Source: Clostridia bacterium (GTDB lineage Bacteria; Bacillota; Peptococcia; DRI-13; SM3-B62). From it: DNA of 64,000 bases. The notes below the pieces were generated by a model. The model was not told the origin of the DNA and did not search any database. It saw only the letters and a program-made list of their open reading frames with translations. The stretch is from contig JAHDSQ010000017.1 in NCBI GenBank assembly GCA_018432615.1, forward strand, positions 37,413 through 101,412. Direction: 5' to 3'. The position numbers and the translations under genes are program-made. How positions within the stretch are numbered: the stretch's first letter is position 1; the number at the start of each line of letters is the position of its first letter. Below, one piece after another: positions 1 to 9,676 of this stretch.

Positions 1-2
1 AC

Positions 3-764
3 AAGCTGGATTTGAAAACATTGACGGCGGAGCTTTTGGGCAGAAGCAACGGGTATAACAAAGGGAAGGCCTTCACCTTTCATATTTCTAGTAAAAAAGA
101 GCGGCTATTACCGGTTAACGGTATGTTGGGAGCAGGAATTCCTGAAGCGGTCGGGTATGCCTGGGCCTTGAAAATGGATGAGAAGGATGCGGCCGTGGTT
201 TGTGTTCTAGGTGATGGGACAACCAGCGAAGGCAATGTTCATGAAGGGATGAATATTGCTGCTATTTTAGATGCACCAATAGTATTCTTTATTGAGAATA
301 ACGGATGGGCAATATCTAATCCTGTTTCTGAGCAAACCAAAATAGAGGATCTTTCTACACGGGCGATAGCATATGGAATGCCGGGGGTAACGATTGACGG
401 GAACGATGTCATAACAGTAAAAGAAACTCTTGAAAAAGCTCTTGCCGAGGCGAGAAAAGGGCGGCCCAGCATCGTAGAAGCTAAGACTTACCGTTGGCGT
501 GGGCATTTTGAAGGAGACCCCGGCTTTTATCGTGATCCCCAAGAACACGAAGAGGCAATGAAAGATGATTGTATCAAGCGTCTTGAGAAAATCCTGTATG
601 GGCAAGGAGCAACGGACAAAGAGCTTGCCGAGATCGAGGTAAGAGTTCAACAGAGAATTGACGAGGCTTTTGCTTATGCAGAAAAGTCTCCCTTACCTAC
701 AGTTGAGGAAACACTGGATTATGATCAGGTTTATGCTACAAATCTGGGAGGTGACTTATTATGA
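3..764 (+). CDS. TPP-dependent 2-oxoacid/acetoin dehydrogenase E1 alpha subunit (5' truncated by window edge)
   Basis: GDG...N TPP-binding motif (GDGTTSEGNVHEGMN...ENNGWAIS) and YRWRGHFEGD loop; frame is open to the window start. Confidence 0.92.
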   Translation, partial: KLDLKTLTAELLGRSNGYNKGKAFTFHISSKKERLLPVNGMLGAGIPEAVGYAWALKMDEKDAAVVCVLGDGTTSEGNVHEGMNIAAILDAPIVFFIENNGWAISNPVSEQTKIEDLSTRAIAYGMPGVTIDGNDVITVKETLEKALAEARKGRPSIVEAKTYRWRGHFEGDPGFYRDPQEHEEAMKDDCIKRLEKILYGQGATDKELAEIEVRVQQRIDEAFAYAEKSPLPTVEETLDYDQVYATNLGGDLL

Positions 765-1732
765 GAGAGATTGCTTTTTCTCAGGCAATTATGGAAGCGC
801 AAATGGAAGAAATGCAAAGGGACAGCAACGTGTTTTTGATTGGTGAAGACGTTGCTAAAATGGGCAGTGCTTTTGGACAAAGCGCCGGCCTCTACGAAAA
901 GTTCGGCTCAAAGAGGGTTTTCAATATGCCGGTTGCAGAATCGGGATATGTAAATTTTGGTGTCGGTGCGGCCATGGCAGGAAAGCGACCTATCGTGGAG
1001 ATGCAGTTTGCTGATTTCATAGTTTTGGCCTTTGATGCGGTAGGGAATCAGGGACCCAAACAACGCTACATGTCTGGTGGCGAGTTGAGTGTTCCGATGA
1101 CGGTAAGGGCCCCCCAGGGCGCGGGCTTTGGAGCTGCTGCTCAACACTCCCAGTGTGTTGAGGCTTGGTTCATGAACTTCCCCGGTTTAAAAATAGTGAT
1201 GCCGTCTACCCCGTATGACGGTAAAGGATTGCTGAAAACAGCCATACGTGATAATGACACCGTCCTCTTTCTGGAACATAAAGCCTTACTAAGCATCAAG
1301 GGAGAGGTTCCGGAGGAAGAATACACTATACCCCTTGGCGAGGGCAAAATCGTCAGGGACGGCACCGATGTCACAATCATTGCCTTGCAGGCCCAGGTGT
1401 ATCAGGCTCTGGAAGCTGCGGAAGAACTGGCTAAAGAAGGTATAAGTGCAGAAATCATCGACCCCCGCACGCTAATACCGTTGGATAAAAAGCTTATCGG
1501 AGAATCCGTAAAAAAGACAGGGCGTGTTGTTATTGTTCATGAAGCTCCCAAAAGAGGCGGCTTTGGCAGTGAAATCAGTGCCGTAATAGCTGAAAACTTT
1601 TTCGACAGTTTGCGTGCTCCTATCATAAGAATCGGAGCAGCTAACATTCCGCTACCCTTTGGGATGCCGGAACAATACTGTTTACCAAACAAGAATAGTA
1701 TAGTGCAGAGTGTGAAGGAGCTTTTAAAATAG
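761..1732 (+). CDS. 2-oxoacid dehydrogenase E1 beta subunit
   Basis: GEDV, EMQFADF, AAQHSQ and FLEHK motifs; ATGA overlap with E1 alpha. Confidence 0.93.
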   Translation: MREIAFSQAIMEAQMEEMQRDSNVFLIGEDVAKMGSAFGQSAGLYEKFGSKRVFNMPVAESGYVNFGVGAAMAGKRPIVEMQFADFIVLAFDAVGNQGPKQRYMSGGELSVPMTVRAPQGAGFGAAAQHSQCVEAWFMNFPGLKIVMPSTPYDGKGLLKTAIRDNDTVLFLEHKALLSIKGEVPEEEYTIPLGEGKIVRDGTDVTIIALQAQVYQALEAAEELAKEGISAEIIDPRTLIPLDKKLIGESVKKTGRVVIVHEAPKRGGFGSEISAVIAENFFDSLRAPIIRIGAANIPLPFGMPEQYCLPNKNSIVQSVKELLK

Positions 1733-1836
1733 TTTACTAATGGAGAATAGCGGGAAAGGGGGGTTTGACTTGATTATGATTTAAGCCTGTCAAAGTCCCT
1801 TTTTCTTGTACATTAGGATGGTAGAGGGGATGGATA

Positions 1837-2763
1837 ATGGTTTATAAAAACTATCAGGAAATCATTACACATATTCAAAAGCGAAACAGACCAAGTCGAG
1901 TAGCTTTGGTTGCCGCCGAAGATGTCAATTCCCTAAGAGCGGTGCAGATGGCCGTTCAAGAAAAAATCTCCGTTCCTCTTCTTATTGGCAATAAACAAAG
2001 AATAAGGGATTTAATGAGGCAAATGGGGATTGCTCCCGAAAAGCAGCAGATTGTAGATACAGCTTCAAACGACAATTATGCTCAAGTGGCAGTGGATATC
2101 TTGCATGCCCAAGAGGCCGACTTTTTAATGAAAGGAAAGATAAAAACGACTGATTTGCTCAAGCCTGTTGTTGATAAAAAGAATGGTTTACAAAAGGGGT
2201 GTTTGATTTCCCATCTTGCTTTCTTTGAAATGCCCTCTTTTCACAAACTGTTGATTATCAGCGATGGGGGAATTGTTCCATATCCGGATCTTTGGCAAAA
2301 AAAGCAGATTATCATAAATGCTGTTGAATATCTTCGCCACAGTGGATATGAAAAACCCAAAGTTGCGGTACTGGCAGGCGTTGAACAGGTGAATGAAAAA
2401 ATGCCGGAAACCCTGGATGCCGCGGAATTGAAAAAAATGAACCGGCGAGGGGAAATTGACGGCTGTATTATTGAAGGGCCCATCTCTTATGATTTGGCTA
2501 TATGCGAAGAGGCGGCCAGAATCAAAGACTATACCTGCTCTTTGTGTGGGGATTTTGACGTTCTGATTGTTCCCAATTTGGTAGCCGGAAATATCCTTTC
2601 TAAGGCCTTAGTTTATCATGGTAAAGCGAAAATGGCCGGAATAGTTGTAGGAGCAAAAGCGCTTATTGCGCTGTCTTCTCGCGGGTCATCTGCTGAAGAA
2701 AAATACCTTTCTCTGGTTTTAGCAGCAGCGGCACATTCTGCTGTGGTAGTACAGGGAGGTTGA
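1837..2763 (+). CDS. ptb: Phosphate butyryltransferase
   Basis: LMKGKIKT, IEGPISYDLAI, GNILSK and SRGSS motifs; adjacent to buk. Confidence 0.88.
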   Translation: MVYKNYQEIITHIQKRNRPSRVALVAAEDVNSLRAVQMAVQEKISVPLLIGNKQRIRDLMRQMGIAPEKQQIVDTASNDNYAQVAVDILHAQEADFLMKGKIKTTDLLKPVVDKKNGLQKGCLISHLAFFEMPSFHKLLIISDGGIVPYPDLWQKKQIIINAVEYLRHSGYEKPKVAVLAGVEQVNEKMPETLDAAELKKMNRRGEIDGCIIEGPISYDLAICEEAARIKDYTCSLCGDFDVLIVPNLVAGNILSKALVYHGKAKMAGIVVGAKALIALSSRGSSAEEKYLSLVLAAAAHSAVVVQGG

Positions 2764-2768
2764 TTAGA

Positions 2769-3833
2769 ATGGGATATCTGATTTTAGTTATTAATCCGGG
2801 TTCAACCACAACAAAGCTTGCCGTTTATAACAATGAAAGAGAAAAGGTAAGTTCCAGCATAGAACATAATTCGCAAGAGTTGCAAGCTTTGGGGTCGATT
2901 ATTAATCAACTGTCTTTGCGTATAAAGGCAGTGGTGGATTTTCTTGATAAAAACAACATCAAGACTACCGAGCTTTCGGTAATTGCAGCTCGGGGTGGGC
3001 TCTTGCCGTCGGTAAAATCCGGCGCTTATGTGGTAAATGAGAAAATGGTAAAAACATTAATACAGGCTCCGGCAGGAGAACATGCTGCCAATTTGGGCGC
3101 TGTTATTGCCCGTGAGATTGCCAGTCCTTTGGGCCTTAAGGCGTATATCTATGATGCGGTTGCAATAGATGAGATGGAGGAGGTTGCCAAGTTCACCGGT
3201 CTTAGCGGTGTGACCAGGTCAAGCCTGGTTCATAACCTGAACATGCGAGCGGCTGCACGTGAAACCGCAGTGAAGGATAAAGTGAACTACAATCAGGCCA
3301 CCTACGTTATTGCTCATCTAGGGGGAGGAATTTCAATTGGTCTTTTAAAAAAGGGAAGGATGATAGATGTTGTTTCTGATGATGAAGGGCCTATGTCTCC
3401 GGAGAGGGCCGGGAGAATCCCTGCTTTGCAAATGTTGGGAATATGCTTAAAAAATCAAGAAGAAAAGGATGTCATGCAAAGAAAATTACGGGGACAGGGA
3501 GGTCTTGTTTCTCATTTGAATTCCAACAACGCACAAGAGGTTGAAAAAAGAATTCAGGACGGCGATATGTATGCCGCAAAAGTTTACAGGGCGATGGCTT
3601 ATCAAATCGCAAAAGGGATTGGAGAGTTGGTTGCCGCGGCAAGTGGAAAGGTCGATAAAATCATCTTAACAGGAGGGATGGCAAACTCCAAAATGTTGAC
3701 GGGATGGGTAAAAAAGCGAATTGTTTCTTTTGCTCCCGTTACAATCATTCCCGGTGAAAACGAAATGCGGGCATTGGCACAAGGTGCTTTTCGGGTATTA
3801 ACAGGCCAGGAAAAAGCTCGCCAATACAAATGA
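2769..3833 (+). CDS. buk: Butyrate kinase
   Basis: ILVINPGSTTTK, RGGLL, HLGGGIS, GPMSPERAG, ILTGG and PGENE motifs; GGAGG RBS upstream of ATG 2769. Confidence 0.93.
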   Translation: MGYLILVINPGSTTTKLAVYNNEREKVSSSIEHNSQELQALGSIINQLSLRIKAVVDFLDKNNIKTTELSVIAARGGLLPSVKSGAYVVNEKMVKTLIQAPAGEHAANLGAVIAREIASPLGLKAYIYDAVAIDEMEEVAKFTGLSGVTRSSLVHNLNMRAAARETAVKDKVNYNQATYVIAHLGGGISIGLLKKGRMIDVVSDDEGPMSPERAGRIPALQMLGICLKNQEEKDVMQRKLRGQGGLVSHLNSNNAQEVEKRIQDGDMYAAKVYRAMAYQIAKGIGELVAAASGKVDKIILTGGMANSKMLTGWVKKRIVSFAPVTIIPGENEMRALAQGAFRVLTGQEKARQYK

Positions 3834-4007
3834 AGTGAGTCAATAATTTATTTTGTCTTGCTACCCCAGCAAGAGTTATGCCAAAAAAATAAATAATACA
3901 CATAGTTGTAAATTTTAGAACAAAACAATACAATAAACGTCACATTTATGGTATTATTTCTGGTAAGAGTAAAATTATGTTTGTATGTCTTGTAGGGAGG
4001 AGTAAGA

Positions 4008-4388
4008 ATGAATAAAGAAGCTCTGAAACATTGGCGTTTTGTCATGACCATGAGATGGCTGGCCAGAATAACAAGTATTCTTTCGATGGGGACTATACTG
4101 GTGATGTTTGCTCGCGGGGAAGAGATAAAAAATCTTGCTAGCAACAGTTTCGGACAGTGGGTTATGATTTTTCTTGTACCGGGGGCTTTAATATTCGGCA
4201 TGTTGCTCGGATGGTGGAAGGAGATGCCAGGGGGGGTTATTGCCGTAGGCAGTGCTTTGATGTATACCGTGGTCAAGTTCATGGTAGAAGGCACCTGGAA
4301 CGGGGAATTTGAGTACATTTTCTTTGCGATACCGGGAATGTTGTTTGTGGCCACTTGGGCTTTGGATATTGAAGAATTGTATGATTAA
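4008..4388 (+). CDS. Hypothetical membrane protein (about 4 TM)
   Basis: GGGAGGAG RBS; four hydrophobic segments. Confidence 0.7.
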   Translation: MNKEALKHWRFVMTMRWLARITSILSMGTILVMFARGEEIKNLASNSFGQWVMIFLVPGALIFGMLLGWWKEMPGGVIAVGSALMYTVVKFMVEGTWNGEFEYIFFAIPGMLFVATWALDIEELYD

Positions 4389-4436
4389 AGAGAAATGGGC
4401 AAACTACTATTGAGAAAATAGTAGGGAGGATTTCAA

Positions 4437-4754
4437 GTGAAAAGGGTAAGCGGTAATTTGTTTGTTGCCAGGAATATGGTGTATTATATACTAGGGGTCC
4501 TGGAATTGTTGCTTGCCTTTCGTTTTATCTTTAAACTATTGGGAGCAAATCCGGGCAGCGGTTTTGTTTCCTTTATTTATTCCCTCAGCGGAGTGTTTTT
4601 ATCACCTTTTCAAGGTATATTCAGATCGGTGGTAACGAAGGGGATAGAGGCCAGGGCAGTATTTGAACCGGCTACGTTGATAGCCATGGCTGTTTATGCT
4701 CTGGCTGCTTATGGCATTGCGAAGCTTATGGAGATAAAAAAAACCTCCCCATAA
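4437..4754 (+). CDS. YggT-family membrane protein
   Basis: RFIFKLLGANP...FVSFIY.LS....PF.GIF pattern; GGGAGG RBS. Confidence 0.75.
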   Translation: MKRVSGNLFVARNMVYYILGVLELLLAFRFIFKLLGANPGSGFVSFIYSLSGVFLSPFQGIFRSVVTKGIEARAVFEPATLIAMAVYALAAYGIAKLMEIKKTSP

Positions 4755-4784
4755 ATGTTTGTTAAATAGATGGAGGTGTTAATT

Positions 4785-5714
4785 ATGTCAGCGTATCAAT
4801 TTGTTTATGGGCCAGTTCCTTCCAGGAGGATGGGACTTTCTCTTGGCATCAGTCCTATACCCAAGAAGGTATGTAATTACTCGTGTGTTTATTGCCAATT
4901 AGGAAGGACACGGGGAATGACTAACGAGCGGCGGTCGTTTTACCAGGTGGAGGCGCTTGTTAAGGAATTCAAGGATTATATTAAGAAAGGCGGAGTGTTT
5001 GATATTGTGACGCTCGTCGGCGAGGGAGAACCGACCTTATTTGCCGATATGCACGATCTTATTAAGGAACTCAAAAAAAACACTACAAAACCGATTGCAG
5101 TGATTACCAATGGTGCACTTTTGTACGAAGAGGAGGTAAAAGCCGGGCTGAAGGAAGCAGACCTCGTTTTGCCTTCGCTTGATGCTTATGATGAAGAGAC
5201 CTTTATAAAAATAAACCGCCCTTACGGTACAATTAGATTCGACGATGTTTTCCGGGGACTTAAGGATTTCTCCCATGAGTATGAAGGTGAATTATGGATC
5301 GAAACTATGCTGGTCAAGGGAATCAATGACAGCGAAGAGGGTTTACAGAAAATGAAGGAACTATTAACGGAGGTTTCATACGACAGACTATTTATCAATA
5401 GTCCGGTTCGGCCTCCGGCGGAGAAATGGGTCGAACAGCCATCAGAGGGGACCATGGCCAGAGCCCAGGAGATTTTGGGAGGTACACTCATAAATGTTTT
5501 GGCCTCTGAGGGATTTGCCAGTGGGGTAGAGGACCATTATGAGGCGGTGTTAAGCATTATCGGCAGGCACCCCATGAATCAGCATGAAGTCAGAAGCTTC
5601 TTAAATTCAAGAAGTTGTGATAATATAGAGGAAATATTCAAGAGACTGACACGGGACGACGGTGTAGAGACTATAGAATACAAAGGATATAAAACCTTTA
5701 GGCTGAAGTATTGA
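4785..5714 (+). CDS. Radical SAM protein (YGPVPSRR.G.SLG family)
   Basis: CNYSCVYC CxxxCxxC motif, GEGEPTL, ITNG. Confidence 0.88.
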   Translation: MSAYQFVYGPVPSRRMGLSLGISPIPKKVCNYSCVYCQLGRTRGMTNERRSFYQVEALVKEFKDYIKKGGVFDIVTLVGEGEPTLFADMHDLIKELKKNTTKPIAVITNGALLYEEEVKAGLKEADLVLPSLDAYDEETFIKINRPYGTIRFDDVFRGLKDFSHEYEGELWIETMLVKGINDSEEGLQKMKELLTEVSYDRLFINSPVRPPAEKWVEQPSEGTMARAQEILGGTLINVLASEGFASGVEDHYEAVLSIIGRHPMNQHEVRSFLNSRSCDNIEEIFKRLTRDDGVETIEYKGYKTFRLKY

Positions 5715-5729
5715 TAAGGAAGAAGGCTA

Positions 5730-6611
5730 ATGATAATGAAAAGACCGGTCAACAGGGTAGCGGCAATTCATGATTTATCCGGCTTTGGCAGGACGTCCCT
5801 TTCCGTGGTCATTCCTATTCTATCGACCATGGGGGTTCAGGTATGTTCCCTTCCCACTGCCGTCTTGTCAACGCACACAGGAGGTTTCAAAGAATATAGC
5901 TTAGTGGATTTAACAGACTCCATGGAAGGATTTATTTCACACTGGCACAAGCTGGGATTGGAATTTGATTGTATTTACAGTGGTTTTCTTGGATCAGCCC
6001 GGCAAATAGAAATAATCACCGGTTTTATCAATGCCTTTTCGGGGAACTCTCCCCTAGTCGTCATTGATCCGGTTATGGGGGATAATGGTAAACTCTATCA
6101 GACGATGGACAAGGAAATGGTTAAAAACATGAAAGGATTCATAAAAAAGGGTGATGTAATCACTCCGAACTATACGGAGGCAGCTTACCTTCTGGATGAA
6201 AAGTACAGCGACCGTATTAACGAAAAAACCGTAAAAGAATGGTTGATAAGGCTTTCCGAAATGGGACCTCGTATCGTGATAATCACCAGCGTTCCTGAGG
6301 ACGAAAGTAAGAACAAAACAAGTGTGATGGCTTATGACCGAGAGGACGAACGTTTCTGGAAGGTCAGCTGTGTTTATATACCGGCCCATTTCCCCGGGAC
6401 GGGCGATTGTTTTACAAGCGTTATTGTCGGTAGTCTGCTACAGGGAGATAGTTTGCCTATCGCCCTGGACAGAGGGGTACAGTTTATCACCGCGGCAATC
6501 AGAGCCAGTTACGGTTTTAAATACCCGGAAAGGGAAGGAATCCTGCTGGAGAGGGTCCTGGAAAATCTCAATATCCCGGTCATTACAAGCAGTTATGAAC
6601 TCCTAGAGTGA
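5730..6611 (+). CDS. pdxK: Pyridoxal/pyridoxamine kinase
   Basis: AIHDLSGFGR, LSTHTGG, DPVMGDNG, TPNYTEA and PGTGD motifs. Confidence 0.88.
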   Translation: MIMKRPVNRVAAIHDLSGFGRTSLSVVIPILSTMGVQVCSLPTAVLSTHTGGFKEYSLVDLTDSMEGFISHWHKLGLEFDCIYSGFLGSARQIEIITGFINAFSGNSPLVVIDPVMGDNGKLYQTMDKEMVKNMKGFIKKGDVITPNYTEAAYLLDEKYSDRINEKTVKEWLIRLSEMGPRIVIITSVPEDESKNKTSVMAYDREDERFWKVSCVYIPAHFPGTGDCFTSVIVGSLLQGDSLPIALDRGVQFITAAIRASYGFKYPEREGILLERVLENLNIPVITSSYELLE

Positions 6612-6629
6612 CGCAAAAATTTTGTTAGA

Positions 6630-7718
6630 TCAATTATTTTTTTGGAAGGAAAGCATGAAATCACGCAAAGCCAAACAGTTTTCGTAAGTCACAGCGTTAT
6701 AAGCGGAAGCCCGGCAGCCTCCAACAGAACGGTGGCCGTTTAATCCGACGAAACCGGCGTTCTTGGCTTCGGCTAAAAACTTTTTCTCCAGCTCCTCGTT
6801 GGCCAGGCGGAAGGCGATATTCATGTAAGAACGGCTTTCTTTTTCAGCGTGACCTTGATAAAAACCATTGCTCTGGTCGATTGCATCGTAGATCAGAGCT
6901 GCTTTTTTAACATTGAGCTCTTTCAGCCCTTCAAGGCCGCCGTTGTCCTTAGCCCAGGAAAGCACATTTTTCAGCATATAGATCCCGTAAGCCGGGGGTG
7001 TGTTGTAGAGGGAATTCTTGTCAGCATGTATATCGTAACGAAGCATGGTGGGAATGTCCTTCCTTGCTTCTTCGATTGAGTCCTTGCGAATGATGACAAC
7101 GGTGACTCCCGAAGGACCGAGGTTTTTTTGAGCACCCGCGTAGATGAGGGCAAACTTACTAATATCAACGGGTCTGGATAGAATATCGCTTGACATATCT
7201 GCAACGAGCGGAATATTTCCGGTTTCGGGAAAAGAATGCCATTGGGTACCGTGGATGGTGTTGTTGCTGGTAATATGCAGATAAGCGGTATCGGGGGAAA
7301 GCGTTAACTCTTTTATATCAGGGATACTGCGGTATTTTTCGTTTTTTGTGCTTGCCGCTTCGTAAGCCTCCCCAAGTTTTTTTGCTTCAGCCAAGGCTTT
7401 TTCCGACCAAGCACCGGTCATGAGGTAGGCGGCCTTTTTTCCCTCCTTAAGGAAATTCATAGGAACCATGGTAAACTGTAGGCTTGCGCCGCCCTGAAGG
7501 AAAAGGACATCATATTCTGTAGGAATATTAAGCAGCTCAAACAGAAGGGATTTTGCGTCGTTATGAATTGCTTCATATTCCTTGCTCCGATGGCTCATTT
7601 CCATAACGGACATGCCGGAACCCTGGTAATTAACGAGCTCTTCTGCGGCCTTTTGCAATACGGAAAGGGGAAGGGCTGACGGCCCGGCATTAAAGTTTTT
7701 TGCACGTGTTAAGGACAT
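6630..7718 (-). CDS. serC: Phosphoserine aminotransferase
   Basis: NFNAGPSALP, EMSHRS, GAQKNLGP (PLP Lys), GHRSVGGCRAS; GGAGTG RBS before ATG 7718. Confidence 0.96.
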   Translation of the reverse strand: MSLTRAKNFNAGPSALPLSVLQKAAEELVNYQGSGMSVMEMSHRSKEYEAIHNDAKSLLFELLNIPTEYDVLFLQGGASLQFTMVPMNFLKEGKKAAYLMTGAWSEKALAEAKKLGEAYEAASTKNEKYRSIPDIKELTLSPDTAYLHITSNNTIHGTQWHSFPETGNIPLVADMSSDILSRPVDISKFALIYAGAQKNLGPSGVTVVIIRKDSIEEARKDIPTMLRYDIHADKNSLYNTPPAYGIYMLKNVLSWAKDNGGLEGLKELNVKKAALIYDAIDQSNGFYQGHAEKESRSYMNIAFRLANEELEKKFLAEAKNAGFVGLNGHRSVGGCRASAYNAVTYENCLALRDFMLSFQKNN

Positions 7719-7850
7719 TAATATCACTCCCTGTATCTATTAAATAATAATAGTAATTTGATTTACGAATAAACATATATTACATTTAAAAATGCAGTAT
7801 TGTCAATGAGGAAGAACTGTTTTATTCACAAAAAAGGTGCTTGCATGGCG

Positions 7851-7866
7851 GGTTTCACGTGAAACC
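7851..7866. promoter_or_regulatory. parS (ParB/Spo0J binding) palindrome
   Basis: Perfect 16-bp palindrome GGTTTCACGTGAAACC; inner 14 bp equal the parS consensus TGTTTCACGTGAAACA. Confidence 0.75.
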
Positions 7867-7896
7867 AAGGCTAAGAAAATGAGACGGGGTGAATTA

Positions 7897-9084
7897 TTGG
7901 AAACGAGATTTAATGGGTTGTGGATTCTTTTGTTACTGACAGCGGGATTATTTTGCCTTCTCTATCTTTGGTTTGCGATTTTCCCGGGGCAAGTAGCCCC
8001 TGAAACGTTCCAATATTTCAGTGAGAAACAGGTTAATGCGGGAAGGGATTACCAACGCTTGCCGCGGATTATTTCTATTCTTGGCTTTATCCTGCAAATA
8101 GGGGTGCTTATTTGGTTTGCCTTTGGCAAAGAGAAAAACGGTATCGACGGTGGAGCGAGGAGTCCTTTGGGGTATGTCGTGCTGTTATGGCTTGTGCTTA
8201 GATTAGCGGACTTGCCTTTTCAGTATTTTAGGGGTTATTACTGGCAAAAAAAGTGGGGGTTTTCAACTCAGTCGCTTTTTGCGTGGTGGAAGGACTATTT
8301 TTTAGAAGCAGGAATTGAGTTGGTCCTGTTTGCGGCAGGTTTGCTGATTCTATATTTTGTAATCGGACATTGGTCAAAAACTTGGTGGATAATTATAACA
8401 GGCTTGTTTGCCTTGTGGCTTCTAATCCAGACTTACCTGTGGCCTGTTGCGATTTCGCCTCTTTTTAATGAATTTACACGCGTTGATGATCCGGCCATTA
8501 CCGAAATGGTGGGAGAGTTAGCTGAAAGAGCGGGCATAGAGGTAGACGAGGTTCTCATGATGGACGCGGGGCGCCGTACCACTAAGGCGAATGCTTACTT
8601 CACCGGTTTGGGAAGAACAAAGCGGATCGTATTGTATGATACCCTTTTGCAAAACTATCCTCCCAAACAGGTTAAGGCAGTTGTCGCCCATGAAATGGGG
8701 CATTGGAAACTGGGGCACATTGCTAAAGGGGTAGGACTTGGCATCTTAGGAAGTTTTATTCTTTGGTGGTTGGCCGGGATCATGTTAAGCAGGACGATTC
8801 CGTTTGGTTTTAGGTACGGACCGGAAGTTATGGGGATGGTTGTGCTGTTCATATTACTGAGTTCATTTATTAGTAGTCCACTGCAAAACGGGATATCCCG
8901 TCACATGGAAAGAGAAGCCGATAGGTTTGCGATAATGCTTACGGAAGATGTCCAATCGTCGGTGGATTTACAGGTAAACATATCCCGGAAAAACCTATCC
9001 GACCTTGCGCCGGCACCTTTTATCGAATGGTTTGGTTACTCCCATCCGTCGGCGGTAAAAAGAATAGAGCAGATGAATTATTAG
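7897..9084 (+). CDS. M48 (Ste24-like) membrane zinc metalloprotease
   Basis: NAYFTG, HEMGH (HExxH), EREAD and HP motifs; start uncertain (TTG 7897 after GGGGTG). Confidence 0.9.
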   Translation: METRFNGLWILLLLTAGLFCLLYLWFAIFPGQVAPETFQYFSEKQVNAGRDYQRLPRIISILGFILQIGVLIWFAFGKEKNGIDGGARSPLGYVVLLWLVLRLADLPFQYFRGYYWQKKWGFSTQSLFAWWKDYFLEAGIELVLFAAGLLILYFVIGHWSKTWWIIITGLFALWLLIQTYLWPVAISPLFNEFTRVDDPAITEMVGELAERAGIEVDEVLMMDAGRRTTKANAYFTGLGRTKRIVLYDTLLQNYPPKQVKAVVAHEMGHWKLGHIAKGVGLGILGSFILWWLAGIMLSRTIPFGFRYGPEVMGMVVLFILLSSFISSPLQNGISRHMEREADRFAIMLTEDVQSSVDLQVNISRKNLSDLAPAPFIEWFGYSHPSAVKRIEQMNY

Positions 9085-9099
9085 ACACTGAATTTATTA

Positions 9100-9171
9100 T
9101 TGACAGCATCGCTTTGACTCTAGTATAATATATATTCATATTTGACAAGCCTAGTCACCTAGTGCTATAAT
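9100..9171 (+). promoter_or_regulatory. Two tandem consensus sigma-A promoters of veg
   Basis: TTGACA(9100)-18-TATAAT(9124) and TTGACA(9142)-18-TATAAT(9166); the second has an extended TG. Confidence 0.8.
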
Positions 9172-9202
9172 GATATAGTAATCCTGGAAGGAAGGTGATT
9201 GG

Positions 9203-9478
9203 TTGTCTGCGAGAAGAGTTTTGGCCGATATAAAACGAGATTTAGAACCTTATGTTGGATACAAGATTAAGTTAAGAGCTAATAAAGGCAGAAAAAAAGT
9301 CATCGAAAAAACAGGTATTCTTGAAAGCACTTACCCTAATATTTTTGTAGTGCGGCTTGAAGAAAAGCAAATTGAGCGGAGAGTATCTTATAGTTACGCC
9401 GATATTTTAACGGATGCGGTTCAGCTTACCTTCTTTCGTGACGAGCAAGATATAATATTTACAGCACGAAGCTGCTAG
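9203..9478 (+). CDS. veg: Veg family protein
   Basis: ANKGRKK, G.LESTYPNIFVV and SYSYADILT motifs. Confidence 0.92.
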   Translation: MSARRVLADIKRDLEPYVGYKIKLRANKGRKKVIEKTGILESTYPNIFVVRLEEKQIERRVSYSYADILTDAVQLTFFRDEQDIIFTARSC

Positions 9479-9499
9479 CACAAAGCAGCTTATTTTTTT
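9469..9499 (+). terminator. Intrinsic terminator after veg
   Basis: AAGCTGCT/AGCAGCTT stem followed by a T tract. Confidence 0.75.
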
Positions 9500-9676
9500 G
9501 CCCTTTTTTAGGGACAAAATACCATTTCCGTTTAATATTAAATAAGCGGGAAATACATCAAATGCCATAAATACCATAAGCCCAGAAAGTGGTCAAGGGC
9601 GAATTAGCAGATTTGTAGTAATAACACCAAAAAGATACAATCTTAGTATCAAATGTTATATTATAGGAGGGAGTTT

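Noticed and set aside
5730-7718. pdxK and serC adjacency as a vitamin B6 cluster
   Set aside because: The genes are convergent and separately transcribed, and no other pdx genes are nearby
9500-9676. Possible cyclic-dinucleotide riboswitch upstream of the CAP protein gene
   Set aside because: No recognisable c-di-GMP or c-di-AMP consensus elements by eye
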